This document shows, piece after piece, positions 29,301 through 37,818 of a stretch of DNA of 64,000 bases (its first letter is position 1; each line of letters begins with the position of its first letter). Under the pieces are notes generated by a model. The model searched no databases. It was not told the DNA's origin and saw only the letters and a program-made list of their open reading frames with translations. Position numbers and translations under genes: made by a program. Location: positions 14,344 through 78,343 of the IMG/VR virus record IMGVR_UViG_3300019888_000003. One strand, written 5' to 3'. Source of the DNA: a virus.

Positions 29301-29891
29301 CAGTGGGACAGCGATGATGGAGACGATTCCGGGGACGAGGACGACAAGAAGGAATCGGCTCGCAAGACCGCAGACGACAAGCTGGATGTCGCAGCTCCTG
29401 ACGGTCGCGTCGATGTCGAGGCCCCGACCTCCGACACCACCGACGACGAGGCGCAGGCCTCTCAGTTCGACACCGGAGACTTCGGTGACAATGCCGGAGA
29501 CGATCTCGCCGACCCGGATATGAGTACCGATCAAAACTGGGCACCGGGTGAGGGAAAGAAATCCTCACGTGCCAAGACCGCCACTGGGCTCCAGGCTGTT
29601 CGTCTGGCCGAGGCCTACATCGAGGCGGGATTGGAGCCCAAGGAAGCGCGCTGGAAACTGGCCACATCGTTCCAAGAGATGAGCCAGCCGATCGTGCTGG
29701 ACCGTATTGCCCTTCTGGAACGCGTCGCAGCTGTGCGCGTTACGGAGAGGAAGACTGCCGGAGTTCGCGGGTCTTCACGCATCACCAACGCTGTACCCGC
29801 CAATTTGGGACGCCAGACTGCCACCACCATGCCGCGCGAAGCGGCCAACGGTGCTGGTGTCGGCAATCCCGATTCCGACATGTTCCTCTGA
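26376..29891 (+). CDS. Capsid maturation protease fused to cargo modules and scaffold
   Basis: SARVNQNFDGF, FVNHANHD, VSMGC...CSFC and FFELSYVFDPADETA form the protease domain; then two Cys-rich inserts, an acidic Pro-rich linker and a scaffold-like C-terminus; lies directly before the decoration and capsid genes. Confidence 0.82.
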   Translation: MSLNKIAELYDGEDGSVKQSASTIQGAVDLVAQWQSFPDTAILADFTPREGYIYTVTRAISARVNQNFDGFPSEELHKSYASFLGKPCFVNHANHDPQRARGRVVAARYVENGLDKYVDVIQEISAVKYPKLAKELLDGGLDSVSMGCEAQRTICSFCGNEATGMFDMCAHILNAKGRYLRRKAANGGMEDVLVYEECRDLSFFELSYVFDPADETAVVSTVLTANRKTAFPKTQKCKFCADHATQRVIHSEGMAYVPACDKHLTKARNAAASCTPDGSHDESNIDRVEAIAKHAKLIQRVWCDLPGCRRWTVYNSDTYNEWVNGHGELRTYDYCCEGHRQQYEDQYPSWAFEARIRNPHKAQAMEKHGFGEVEAPTPVDTLRDESEDEKDDFHRYVESPPELNEPDLDAAGEIDRRQEMPEGFENFDDEVFDTVDEGVSPDATAPDAPGELPGVPPGSPGGVGTPPTIPRPGPGEAPLGDVPGENAAPLPGEEALPSADALPGVPEDVMEDPGDAEEEIHPEILELDGVTPESTPPEDIPDEVAPEVAPVGPAPEDAVPVDEVMQDPGDPSPPVPGVDAPTPKDIVPADDVSDDVPVAPVEPPVPPVAEEAPQPDTADTPDVPVDPTDTVDPKTPATPAVPPTPDVDDDVMKDPGDASPDAPGDAPPDVSPEVPPEDVHPEIEQLELLPGVVPPPEPESDEQHRSEDDSRSNEQSTTPTKGRRNMGTNSLAERGRVASRGRVADQSRNDQGEKEDTFITQTPPPEPVVAPNEDGPISNTEENLVASIRARQRALKELRAKKARRKQADETADVVNPELSGTGDQDLKGDFESADPDDGVEETQPKDAARHAALVKRYRHFSAWCRATQGKSIREARHAGELRRWARSYAGEFKIDPATIYPMLSRDMTALRKKAADEGVSAPVKADPAAVKDEITSSTRKTAGDDDLPDFLKDDEDKKESRRKQSGEVPDAFKDQWDSDDGDDSGDEDDKKESARKTADDKLDVAAPDGRVDVEAPTSDTTDDEAQASQFDTGDFGDNAGDDLADPDMSTDQNWAPGEGKKSSRAKTATGLQAVRLAEAYIEAGLEPKEARWKLATSFQEMSQPIVLDRIALLERVAAVRVTERKTAGVRGSSRITNAVPANLGRQTATTMPREAANGAGVGNPDSDMFL

Positions 29892-29917
29892 TCATCAGAA
29901 GGGAAGTGAAATAGACC

Positions 29918-30418
29918 ATGTTCAAAGTCCCCCTAAGTAATCCGTCGCTCAAGCGAACCATTCGTCCGCTCTATGCGCAGCATCAGGCAACACCCCAGGG
30001 TGCATTCCTCGACCCCAACTGGGATCGCTCCATCGACATCTACCCCGGCTCGGTCATGACACGATTGACCAAGGAGGTGTTCGGCCTCTACACCGCAGCG
30101 GCGGGACAGAAGCCCTACGGTCTTTCTGCGTTCTTCGTCGCTCCAACGCTTGGCGTGGACGAAGTCATCGACACCGGCTCCAACCTGTTCGCGGTGTGGG
30201 TCGGCAATGCTGACGCACAGTTCGAGATCCTCGCCCCGGCTTTCGACGCCACTGGGGATTGGTCTCTGCCGACGAACGGTTCGATCAAGCTGCTCACCGG
30301 CAGTGCGACCGGACTCCTGACACCTACGGGTGCCACTGCCGCCAATGCCATCGCGGAGTTGATCGACGTCCCGTCAACGGACAAGATCGTCATTCGCCCA
30401 GTCCGCCCAACGGCCTGA
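29918..30418 (+). CDS. Capsid decoration / minor capsid protein
   Basis: KRTIRPLYA...DIYPGSVM; lies between the protease-scaffold and the major capsid gene. Confidence 0.7.
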   Translation: MFKVPLSNPSLKRTIRPLYAQHQATPQGAFLDPNWDRSIDIYPGSVMTRLTKEVFGLYTAAAGQKPYGLSAFFVAPTLGVDEVIDTGSNLFAVWVGNADAQFEILAPAFDATGDWSLPTNGSIKLLTGSATGLLTPTGATAANAIAELIDVPSTDKIVIRPVRPTA

Positions 30419-30434
30419 GAGTAGGAGAAATAAC

Positions 30435-31433
30435 ATGACTACTCTGGTTGCACAGGGCACCGGCCTCGGTCGCTATGCCAAGGCCTCCGACGAGTACGTA
30501 CAGGAAATTGTCGCGCGCAAGACCGCGATGAAGGGCCGTACGCTCACCGCCAGCGAGAAGAAGCAGAAGCTCGCCTCGATCCTCGCGGATCGTCAGAACG
30601 GCATTCTGCGTCTGGGTCAGTCGATGATCGGCCCGATTCAGCTCCAGCTTCGTTACCAGGGCATCCTGCGTAACGTGCTGCTGGAGGACGCACTGACCCC
30701 CGGCGTACCGATCCAGTACGACGTGCTGGACGACCTGGGACAGGCGTACATCTTGCACGGCAACGAGGGTGAAGTGAAGATCACCCCGTTCGAGGGCAAG
30801 CGTGTCGAGGTACGGCTGTTCCGTATCGCGTCCTTCCCCTCGATCAAGAAGGAGGATCTCTACTACCTCCGTTCCAACTTGGTCGAGTACGCCCAGGACA
30901 TGACCAAGCAGGCCATCATGCGGCAGGAGGACGGCAGGCTTGTCACTCTGATCGAGGCTGCTGCTGCTGCTTATCGTCTGGTGGACGCCACTGCCGGATT
31001 GGGTGGTTCGCTGCCCAACGAGATCACGATCACCGGCACCACGCTGATGCCCGACGATCTCTACACCGCTGTGACTTACACCGATACCCGCCAGTTGGAC
31101 AGCTCGCGGCTCCTGTGTCACCCACAGGAATACCGCGACTTCTATCGGTGGGACATCAACACGACTGGTTGGGCCTTCAAGGATTCCATCGTGGCGGGCG
31201 AGAAGGTCGTCCAGTTCGGTGAGTTCCAGATCGGCAAGTCGATCATGATTCCGCGTGGCACCGTCTACCTCACCCCGGAGCCGCAGTTCTTGGGCGTGTT
31301 CCCGGTGATGTACAGCCTGGACGTGGAGGAGAACCCCCAGGTCGAGCAGTTCCACAAGGGCTGGGTGATGGACGAGTTGGTTGGAATGGCGATCCTCAAC
31401 CCCAGGGGCATCGTCATACTTCGGAAGGCGTGA
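30435..31433 (+). CDS. Major capsid protein
   Basis: GQSMIGPIQLQLRYQGILRNVL, AIMRQED and GWVMDELVGMAILNPRG; strong codon bias; followed by a terminator. Confidence 0.9.
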   Translation: MTTLVAQGTGLGRYAKASDEYVQEIVARKTAMKGRTLTASEKKQKLASILADRQNGILRLGQSMIGPIQLQLRYQGILRNVLLEDALTPGVPIQYDVLDDLGQAYILHGNEGEVKITPFEGKRVEVRLFRIASFPSIKKEDLYYLRSNLVEYAQDMTKQAIMRQEDGRLVTLIEAAAAAYRLVDATAGLGGSLPNEITITGTTLMPDDLYTAVTYTDTRQLDSSRLLCHPQEYRDFYRWDINTTGWAFKDSIVAGEKVVQFGEFQIGKSIMIPRGTVYLTPEPQFLGVFPVMYSLDVEENPQVEQFHKGWVMDELVGMAILNPRGIVILRKA

Positions 31434-31462
31434 AAAGCCTAAAACCGCAAGTAGAACCACTA

Positions 31463-31495
31463 ACAGAGCCCCCGTTTTCGGACGGGGGTTTCTGT
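31463..31495 (+). terminator. Intrinsic terminator-like hairpin after the major capsid gene
   Basis: ACAGAGCCCCCGT-loop-ACGGGGGTTTCTGT inverted repeat. Confidence 0.75.
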
Positions 31496-31603
31496 ATGTC
31501 TACCTGCGAGAATTGCGGGAGCTGGAGGGGTGTGCGGGGCAGGCAGCCTTTCTCTTCGCCCTGCAAGCGACATAAGACGTAGATCGCCTGAAAGGAACCG
31601 AAC

Positions 31604-33712
31604 ATGGCTCGCGTTCTCGTCACCGACTATTCGTTCGACCCTCACGCGGGGACGGTCACGCTGACGGGTGTCGCCACTCCAGTCAAGGAACAGATTCGTT
31701 CGGTCTACAAGGGCACCGAGTTGATCTATTCGGCTTCGGATGCGCGCAACGCCTCGCTTGTCGGCAAGGTGCTCACTCTTCCCAAGGGTGCTGTTGGGTC
31801 GAACTTCAGTGCCTCGGACTCTTTGGTCATCATGTATGACTCCGATCCGGGGTGGGCCAGCAGCGGGACGAAGTACCTGAGGCCCGGTGGTGGCATCCCC
31901 GCGACGGACCTCGCGACGGGTGTGCAGACGTCACTCGGCAAGGCAGATGCGTCGAGTCAGGTCATTGCAGTCGCTACACCGACCGGCGTGGGCGCGACGG
32001 ACAACGCGAATATTGTTGCCGCGCAGGCGGCTGCTGCTGCATTAGTCGCATCCGGCGGTAGGCCTGTAGTCCAGTTCCGGTCGGGCACGTACCAATTGAC
32101 TGCTCCGATTGTTCCCGCTGCGGGAGTGTCGTATCGAGGCATCGCGCCGGTTCAGACGCAAGCGATCGTGGCACCGGGCAGCTACTTGGCGGATGGTGAG
32201 TTCACCGTAGCGGGCGGCACCGTCCTGAAGGGCGACGGCACCTTCGCGTGCTTCCAGGCGAACCAGGCCGACCTCTCCTCTCCCGCTTCGACTCTCGGGC
32301 AGACCCAGATCAGCACTGTCGACATCAACGGTTTCGCGATCGACACCTTCACTTACGGTCTGCGCATCGGTGCCAAGAACGTCATGGGCCTGGTGTGGTC
32401 CAAGTTGGATCAGCTGTACATCAAGAACTGCTCCGTCTGGGGCGTGTATTTGATCAACTTCGTTCATATGGATATTGGAAAAATCGAGACCGTCCTCTGC
32501 CAGAACGGCATGTATTTCGCGAATAAGATGGACGCCAACACCTACCAGTCCGGCAACTCAAATTTTCAGGAGCTGTACCACCTGATCCCGCAGGACGGAC
32601 GCGAACGCCGGGGGTGCCGGGGCATCGTGTTCTCGTCGCTTGCGGGCACCGGCAGCGGCACCACGTCGGCGGCGCTGAACGAACTTGAAGTCGGAAGATT
32701 GCAGGTCAACGGCTACAACCGGACACTGCTGTCGGTCGCGGCGACGTTCACCAACGCCTCCACGTCGGTGGGTGTCCCGGACGGCACCAAGTTCCTGCCG
32801 GGAATGCTGGTCAACTTCACCGCGTCGGCGAACGGGTTCACCACCCCGAATATGTACGTCGTGAAAACCGTTGCAGGAAACGTGCTTACACTGGCAACCT
32901 CGAACACCACCGCGGCCATCGCCTCGACCGGGACCACCGGATTGACTTTGCAGAGCTATGGTTTCCCGAACCTGGAGATCACCAGCGAAAACACCAACGC
33001 CCGTGTCGCAACCTCTCGTTTCGCGCACATCGACACAGAGGGAGTGGCAAGCGCAGGGGTCTACCTCGAAAACGTCAACCAGATCGAGATCGGGATTACT
33101 TCGAATCCGACTACCACGCTGTGCGATGTCGTGACCCGCAACGCCGCCTACAGCCGGATCTATTCGTTGCCTGCGGTATCCACCGACTTCGATGCCAACT
33201 CCTCAGGCTCGGCGTTCTTTGGGGCACGTAAGTCCACGGTCGGGTACCCGATGCGCGGGATCTGGTTGGACACCAGCATCGGCGCGAACGCCATGTCGAT
33301 CGGCAACGGGTTCAACGCCAACCCCGGTGGTGACATCATGACCAGGGCGCAAGGCTTCCTGTACCCGATGTGGGGCATGGGCGAACGTATCTTCCCGCGC
33401 GACACGTCTCTGACCTTGCAGGGCTACCAGGGTGGGGACGTCATCTTCAACGGTGCAACCGGGCAAACGTTCACACTGCCCACCATCGTCACCGACACCA
33501 CACCGGGCACCTCTCACATAGGTTGCTGGTACGACATCTGGAACGTGTCCGCCAACACGCTGACCGTGGTCACTAATGGAACCCAGCTGTTCAACAAGGT
33601 AGCCGCGAAAACGTCCCTCACCATCGCCACGTTGACCGGGCTCAAGATCATCGCCTGCAAGGACAACTCCGGAAACCTGTTCTGGGCTGCGCGAGCGTTC
33701 ACGCTCGCATGA
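31604..33712 (+). CDS. Beta-helix (pectin-lyase-like) tailspike / depolymerase-like protein
   Basis: TDNANIVAAQ...VVQFRSGTYQLTAPI...GVSYRG pattern typical of beta-helix starts; GGIPATDL...VQTSLGKAD fibre linker. Confidence 0.65.
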   Translation: MARVLVTDYSFDPHAGTVTLTGVATPVKEQIRSVYKGTELIYSASDARNASLVGKVLTLPKGAVGSNFSASDSLVIMYDSDPGWASSGTKYLRPGGGIPATDLATGVQTSLGKADASSQVIAVATPTGVGATDNANIVAAQAAAAALVASGGRPVVQFRSGTYQLTAPIVPAAGVSYRGIAPVQTQAIVAPGSYLADGEFTVAGGTVLKGDGTFACFQANQADLSSPASTLGQTQISTVDINGFAIDTFTYGLRIGAKNVMGLVWSKLDQLYIKNCSVWGVYLINFVHMDIGKIETVLCQNGMYFANKMDANTYQSGNSNFQELYHLIPQDGRERRGCRGIVFSSLAGTGSGTTSAALNELEVGRLQVNGYNRTLLSVAATFTNASTSVGVPDGTKFLPGMLVNFTASANGFTTPNMYVVKTVAGNVLTLATSNTTAAIASTGTTGLTLQSYGFPNLEITSENTNARVATSRFAHIDTEGVASAGVYLENVNQIEIGITSNPTTTLCDVVTRNAAYSRIYSLPAVSTDFDANSSGSAFFGARKSTVGYPMRGIWLDTSIGANAMSIGNGFNANPGGDIMTRAQGFLYPMWGMGERIFPRDTSLTLQGYQGGDVIFNGATGQTFTLPTIVTDTTPGTSHIGCWYDIWNVSANTLTVVTNGTQLFNKVAAKTSLTIATLTGLKIIACKDNSGNLFWAARAFTLA

Positions 33713-33763
33713 TGCCGACGACGGACGCGACGTGCTCGTATTCCGCCATGCGTTAGGGAAGAC

Positions 33764-34669
33764 ATGACCCGTCGTATCGTCACCGCCCGCGAGCAGGTCG
33801 AGGCGTGGCAGATCAAGGAGCTGATCCCCTCGGATTTCTTCTGGCTGGAGCCGGAGAAGCAGGAGGATTGGGAAGGTGACGTCACCTATTCTCCGACCGA
33901 GTACGAACGTATCCCTGACCCAGAGCAGGCTAAGAGCAGTCCTCCCTCGGGTAAGTGGTACCACGTTTCACAGAATCCGATCGACGTAGGGACCCGAATC
34001 GTTCCTGCCGGTGGGGAGTCTCCCGACCCCGATTTCTACGACTCCATCGAAGAGGAATACGGTCAGCCCTCGAATCGTCAGACATGGGTCTGGATTGCTC
34101 AGAATCTCGGAGCGGCGTGTTTCTGGTCCTGGGCGCTCAACTGCCCCTACATCTACAAGGTGCACCCCAACCCCACTCCTCAGCCGTGGAACTTCGACGG
34201 CAGCAACGGGTATGTCTGCGATAGTGCCAAGGTCGAGCAGATGCTCACCAGTTCGGGTCCGCAAGGCATGGGTATCAAGTGGGACGAGTACGAGGACCAC
34301 ATCAACGCTTCACGAATCGCTGCCGAGCCCGGTGGTCGTCTTCCGTACCAGCCGAGTGAATTCGGCTACGTGTGGTATCACGACGGCGATGGCTACACCG
34401 CTGTGACGCGGGATGGTAAGAGCGACATCACGCTCATCCCCAACGGCAGCCAGATCGACTGGGAGGTTTGGGACGACCAGGGTCTGGTGGAGCGGGGCAA
34501 CTTCTCGGGCATGGTGCAAGACCTGGACGGTATTTTATATCGGGCAGACCACCTTCTCGCAGAGTTCGACGAGAACCCTGCCATCCCAGCCAAGGGGTTC
34601 GGGTACGACAAGGATTATTCGGAGCAATTTCCCAGCTCATTTCCTGCGCTGGACTTCCGGCAGCCGTAG
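33764..34669 (+). CDS. Two-module protein with an N-terminal ADP-ribosyltransferase-like (Arr-like) domain
   Basis: WYHVS...IDVGTRIVP...WVWIA...A..W...YIYKVHP; RRIVTAREQ leader; SRIA linker. Confidence 0.6.
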   Translation: MTRRIVTAREQVEAWQIKELIPSDFFWLEPEKQEDWEGDVTYSPTEYERIPDPEQAKSSPPSGKWYHVSQNPIDVGTRIVPAGGESPDPDFYDSIEEEYGQPSNRQTWVWIAQNLGAACFWSWALNCPYIYKVHPNPTPQPWNFDGSNGYVCDSAKVEQMLTSSGPQGMGIKWDEYEDHINASRIAAEPGGRLPYQPSEFGYVWYHDGDGYTAVTRDGKSDITLIPNGSQIDWEVWDDQGLVERGNFSGMVQDLDGILYRADHLLAEFDENPAIPAKGFGYDKDYSEQFPSSFPALDFRQP

Positions 34670-34848
34670 GACGGTGTTGTTCTTCGTAGTCAAATGGACA
34701 TGTCGGGTAGCGTTTCATCGGACTCCGACAGGGTCACTCTGGAGATATGCACACCGTTTTGGATGCTATCGACCCGCGTAACGTGCTCTTCCTGATTGCC
34801 GCTCTCGTCTCTCTTCTGCGGGGTGGCTGGTTCATCTAGTCTGAATCG

Positions 34849-35637
34849 ATGACCTTGCTTCGGCAGAATGCCGAGCTGAAGCGCGATCACGTCTGGCAGT
34901 TCAGCCTTCCGGCGTGGGTGACTCGACTTCCTGATGGCCGAACAATCAACGTCTGTCCGCAGGCTGGAGCCTGTGTCAAGCTCTGTTACGCCCGCAACGG
35001 CACGTTCAACTTCCCCGTCGTCAAGGCCAGCCATCAACGCAATTTATTACTGGCCATGGACCACCAAGAAGATTTTATTTCTCAGGTGAACACCGAGCTG
35101 GAGCACAGGCGCTTCCACGCCAACGGTGTCCCTCGATTGCCGGATCTTTCCCGTAGTCACCTGAGTCCCTTCACTGCTGCTCTACTCGACAATGGTGCCG
35201 CCTGTATTCGTATCCACGATTCAGGAGATTTCTTTTCTGATGACTACCTGGCCGCGTGGCTGCGTATCGCTCAGCACAATCCCAGTGTGCTGTTCTACGC
35301 CTACACCAAAGAGGTCACGCGCTTCCGGCACGTCATCTCTCTGACGAATTACCCTCGTAACTTTCTGTGGGTCTACAGCCTGGGTGGCAAGGAGGATCAT
35401 CTGCTCGACCTCGCAGAGGGCGGAGACCGCCACGCCGACGTGTTCCCGAACGAGGCTGCCATCGTGGAGGCGGGTTACTACAGCCAGGATGCGAACGACT
35501 TGCTGTGCGTCCTCGCTCCCTCAACTCGAATCGGTATCCCAACGAACAACATCCCGCACTTCAAGAAGCGCCAGGGCGGCATGACTTTCGGACAACTGGA
35601 AGCCGAGACGAAACGCCACCGCAGAGCGAACGCCTAG
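34849..35637 (+). CDS. Gp88-like protein (Cys-cluster, radical-SAM-like)
   Basis: CPQAGACVKLCYARNG, IRIHDSGDF and FYAYTK motifs. Confidence 0.75.
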   Translation: MTLLRQNAELKRDHVWQFSLPAWVTRLPDGRTINVCPQAGACVKLCYARNGTFNFPVVKASHQRNLLLAMDHQEDFISQVNTELEHRRFHANGVPRLPDLSRSHLSPFTAALLDNGAACIRIHDSGDFFSDDYLAAWLRIAQHNPSVLFYAYTKEVTRFRHVISLTNYPRNFLWVYSLGGKEDHLLDLAEGGDRHADVFPNEAAIVEAGYYSQDANDLLCVLAPSTRIGIPTNNIPHFKKRQGGMTFGQLEAETKRHRRANA

Positions 35638-35722
35638 CCATTGCCAAGTTTCGCCAAGTTTTGACTTTGCAGACAGGCGGCTTCCACTATTATCGGACTT
35701 CGGTCCTGAAGGGGAACCAAGC

Positions 35723-35757
35723 GCAACCCTCTGGAGTGGACATTCCCAGGGGGTTGC
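35723..35757. other. Intergenic 12-bp hairpin
   Basis: GCAACCCTCTGG ... CCAGGGGGTTGC. Confidence 0.55.
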
Positions 35758-35824
35758 TGCTGTTGAGGGGGTGTGGGCGAGATAAGGAATGTCCCTCCCA
35801 CGACCTAAACGACCAGGAGACATC

Positions 35825-36175
35825 ATGACCCTCTATGTGCGCAACGATAGTCACTTCGTCATCACAGCCAATGCAGTCGGAGCCAAGCGTTTCGAGTTGG
35901 CAGCGAACGGCAACTCAGGAGATCGTAAGGTGCTCCCGCTCGCGGTGGCACAGCTTCCCGCTTTCCAGAGAATCTGGGCTGCCGGAGGCAAGGTTACGGT
36001 GTCCCAGAACTCGAACTACTCCAGCCCGGTCACATCGATTCCAGCGGGAGAGATCTCCGGGGATCAACGCAAGGCAGCAGCACAGGTGGACAGTGTCGCC
36101 ACGACTGCGGCGGGAATAGTGACCGACTTCAATGCCCTGCTCGCAAAATTGCGAGCGGCGAACTTGATGTCGTAA
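35825..36175 (+). CDS. Head fibre-like protein
   Basis: CAGGAGA RBS; C-terminal AAAQVDSVATT...DFNALLAKLRAANLMS head-fibre motif. Confidence 0.72.
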   Translation: MTLYVRNDSHFVITANAVGAKRFELAANGNSGDRKVLPLAVAQLPAFQRIWAAGGKVTVSQNSNYSSPVTSIPAGEISGDQRKAAAQVDSVATTAAGIVTDFNALLAKLRAANLMS

Positions 36176-36229
36176 CATCGCGGAATCCGTTCTCGGGGTA
36201 GTGTTTACCTCAGTTCAGTGCATTCCGCC

Positions 36230-36271
36230 CCGCAGGTCCCTCGATTACCCGCAAGGTCGAGGGGCCTGCGG
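36230..36271 (+). terminator. Strong hairpin ending the late unit
   Basis: CCGCAGGTCCCTCGA ... TCGAGGGGCCTGCGG; a second hairpin lies at 36352-36388. Confidence 0.55.
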
Positions 36272-36501
36272 TGGTGTCAGGGCACAATATCTAGGTCGCG
36301 ATCTTGATGACTGCTACTCTATGTAGTGCCCTTCTTGGTCGGAGAGGCAACGCCCCTCACCGCGTACCCGCCTTCTCCGGTGAGGGGCATTTCCGTGGCT
36401 GGGAGTTGTACCCGCACGAATGCTTATAAGTACTGTGTCGTCCGCAAACCCTTGAATTCTTCGATAACAGTTCTGTCACCATTCTTTGGACTCCGAAGTC
36501 T

Positions 36502-36540
36502 GTAACATTTTTTATTTCAAACCTATATAGTAGGTACAGA
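36502..36540 (+). promoter_or_regulatory. Repeated AT-rich early promoter, copy 1
   Basis: GTAACATTTTTTAT...TATATAGTAGGTA with a TATAGT -10 box; near-identical copy at 39615. Confidence 0.75.
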
Positions 36541-36581
36541 ACGTGCTCGCAGAGCAGCCGCCCACCACGAGGGAGATTCAA

Positions 36582-36899
36582 ATGTCCGTACGTTGCGGCA
36601 ACAAAATCCACCAGCACTTCGCAGTCGAGCTGGAGGGCATGGCCCACCACCACGATTCCGTCGCTCAGGTTCGTCTGTGCTACTCCCGCGAGGATGGCAT
36701 TCGTAGCCACGAGGAGATCGGCCAGCTCGAAGAATGGGCCGCTCAGCAGGCCGGGGAACTCTGGGCCGAAAGCGCTTGGCTCCGGCACGCGGAGAACGCG
36801 GGCTGGGAAGATGCCGAATTCGACCGTCAAATGGAAGACGCGCGGGGTGTCGTGCAGTTCGAAGATGCGTATGCCGCCGCTCAGGACGACGTCCGATGA
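36582..36899 (+). CDS. Hypothetical early protein
   Basis: GGGAG RBS; CG...HHDSVAQVRLCY motif. Confidence 0.7.
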   Translation: MSVRCGNKIHQHFAVELEGMAHHHDSVAQVRLCYSREDGIRSHEEIGQLEEWAAQQAGELWAESAWLRHAENAGWEDAEFDRQMEDARGVVQFEDAYAAAQDDVR

Positions 36900-37138
36900 T
36901 CCTCACCATCACCCACGAGGGAAGCTGGCGCGCGGTCGGCTCGACCGTCACATATGACTTTCTCGACATCGGCCCCTACACAGCCGAGGTGTACCTGATT
37001 AACGACAACAAGCCCTTCCCCACCTGGAGATGGATAGTCAGGAAGAACGATCAGTACCTCGCCAGTGGTGTGGTCACCGACTATTACGGCGCACTCGACG
37101 CAGCCGAGACCGCTATCAAGATCGACGCAGGAGTCTGA
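36896..37138 (+). CDS. Hypothetical protein
   Basis: ATGA overlap; 3' part of the 36734 ORF. Confidence 0.65.
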   Translation: MILTITHEGSWRAVGSTVTYDFLDIGPYTAEVYLINDNKPFPTWRWIVRKNDQYLASGVVTDYYGALDAAETAIKIDAGV

Positions 37139-37143
37139 CGAAC

Positions 37144-37818
37144 ATGGGGTATTTCGACAAGTACGAGATCGAGGCCTACGGCCACGTGCTGACGGTGACC
37201 GGCGTCTACCGGAACATCAATCCTCGGGACAAGCACCACGGCGAGTGGACCGCTTTCCGCAATACGGACGGCGGCACGACCACCAAAAGCGGTTTCAAGA
37301 CCGAAGAGGCGGCTCGAAGGCACGTCATCGCGGGACTGCTCAGCGCGGACGAGTTCTGGTGGGAGAAGTACCGCTGGCGGCTCAACGGCGACAAGTCGAC
37401 GGGACCGCGTGGGGGCGGTCTGAGCGCGGCACAGCAGGAGATTGTGGGAGCGCTCAACGGCTCCATTCACGATCACGAACGCACCCCTCACCCCCAGCGT
37501 GACGTGCTCCGCATCGGCGGGCGGCACTACGTGCCCCGCGTGATCGACAAGGAGCCTTCCGGCCCCAAGAGCTGCCGGGGGTTCGGCGGTACGGTGTTTC
37601 GCTGGCGGTGGCTGGACGAGTCGGAGGACACGGTGCACGTCAGCGGGGACGTCTTCACCCAGGGCAACATCCCCGAGAAGTTCCGTCACATCCTGCCCGA
37701 CAACGCGGTGCTGCTGCCGTGGAGCCAGTTCGAGCGCGTGCAACAGGTGGCTCGCGCAGGTCTGGAGCAGATGGCTCAGGGCAAGCCCTTCGACCCCGAT
37801 GACGAAAGAGCGTTCTGA
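37144..37818 (+). CDS. Hypothetical protein
   Basis: AGGAG RBS; RGFGG...F...QGNIPEKFRHILPDNA motif. Confidence 0.72.
   Translation: MGYFDKYEIEAYGHVLTVTGVYRNINPRDKHHGEWTAFRNTDGGTTTKSGFKTEEAARRHVIAGLLSADEFWWEKYRWRLNGDKSTGPRGGGLSAAQQEIVGALNGSIHDHERTPHPQRDVLRIGGRHYVPRVIDKEPSGPKSCRGFGGTVFRWRWLDESEDTVHVSGDVFTQGNIPEKFRHILPDNAVLLPWSQFERVQQVARAGLEQMAQGKPFDPDDERAF

Noticed and set aside
36176-36500. tRNA genes
   Set aside because: No cloverleaf or T-loop/CCA pattern recognised here or elsewhere by eye; tRNAscan-SE would be decisive.
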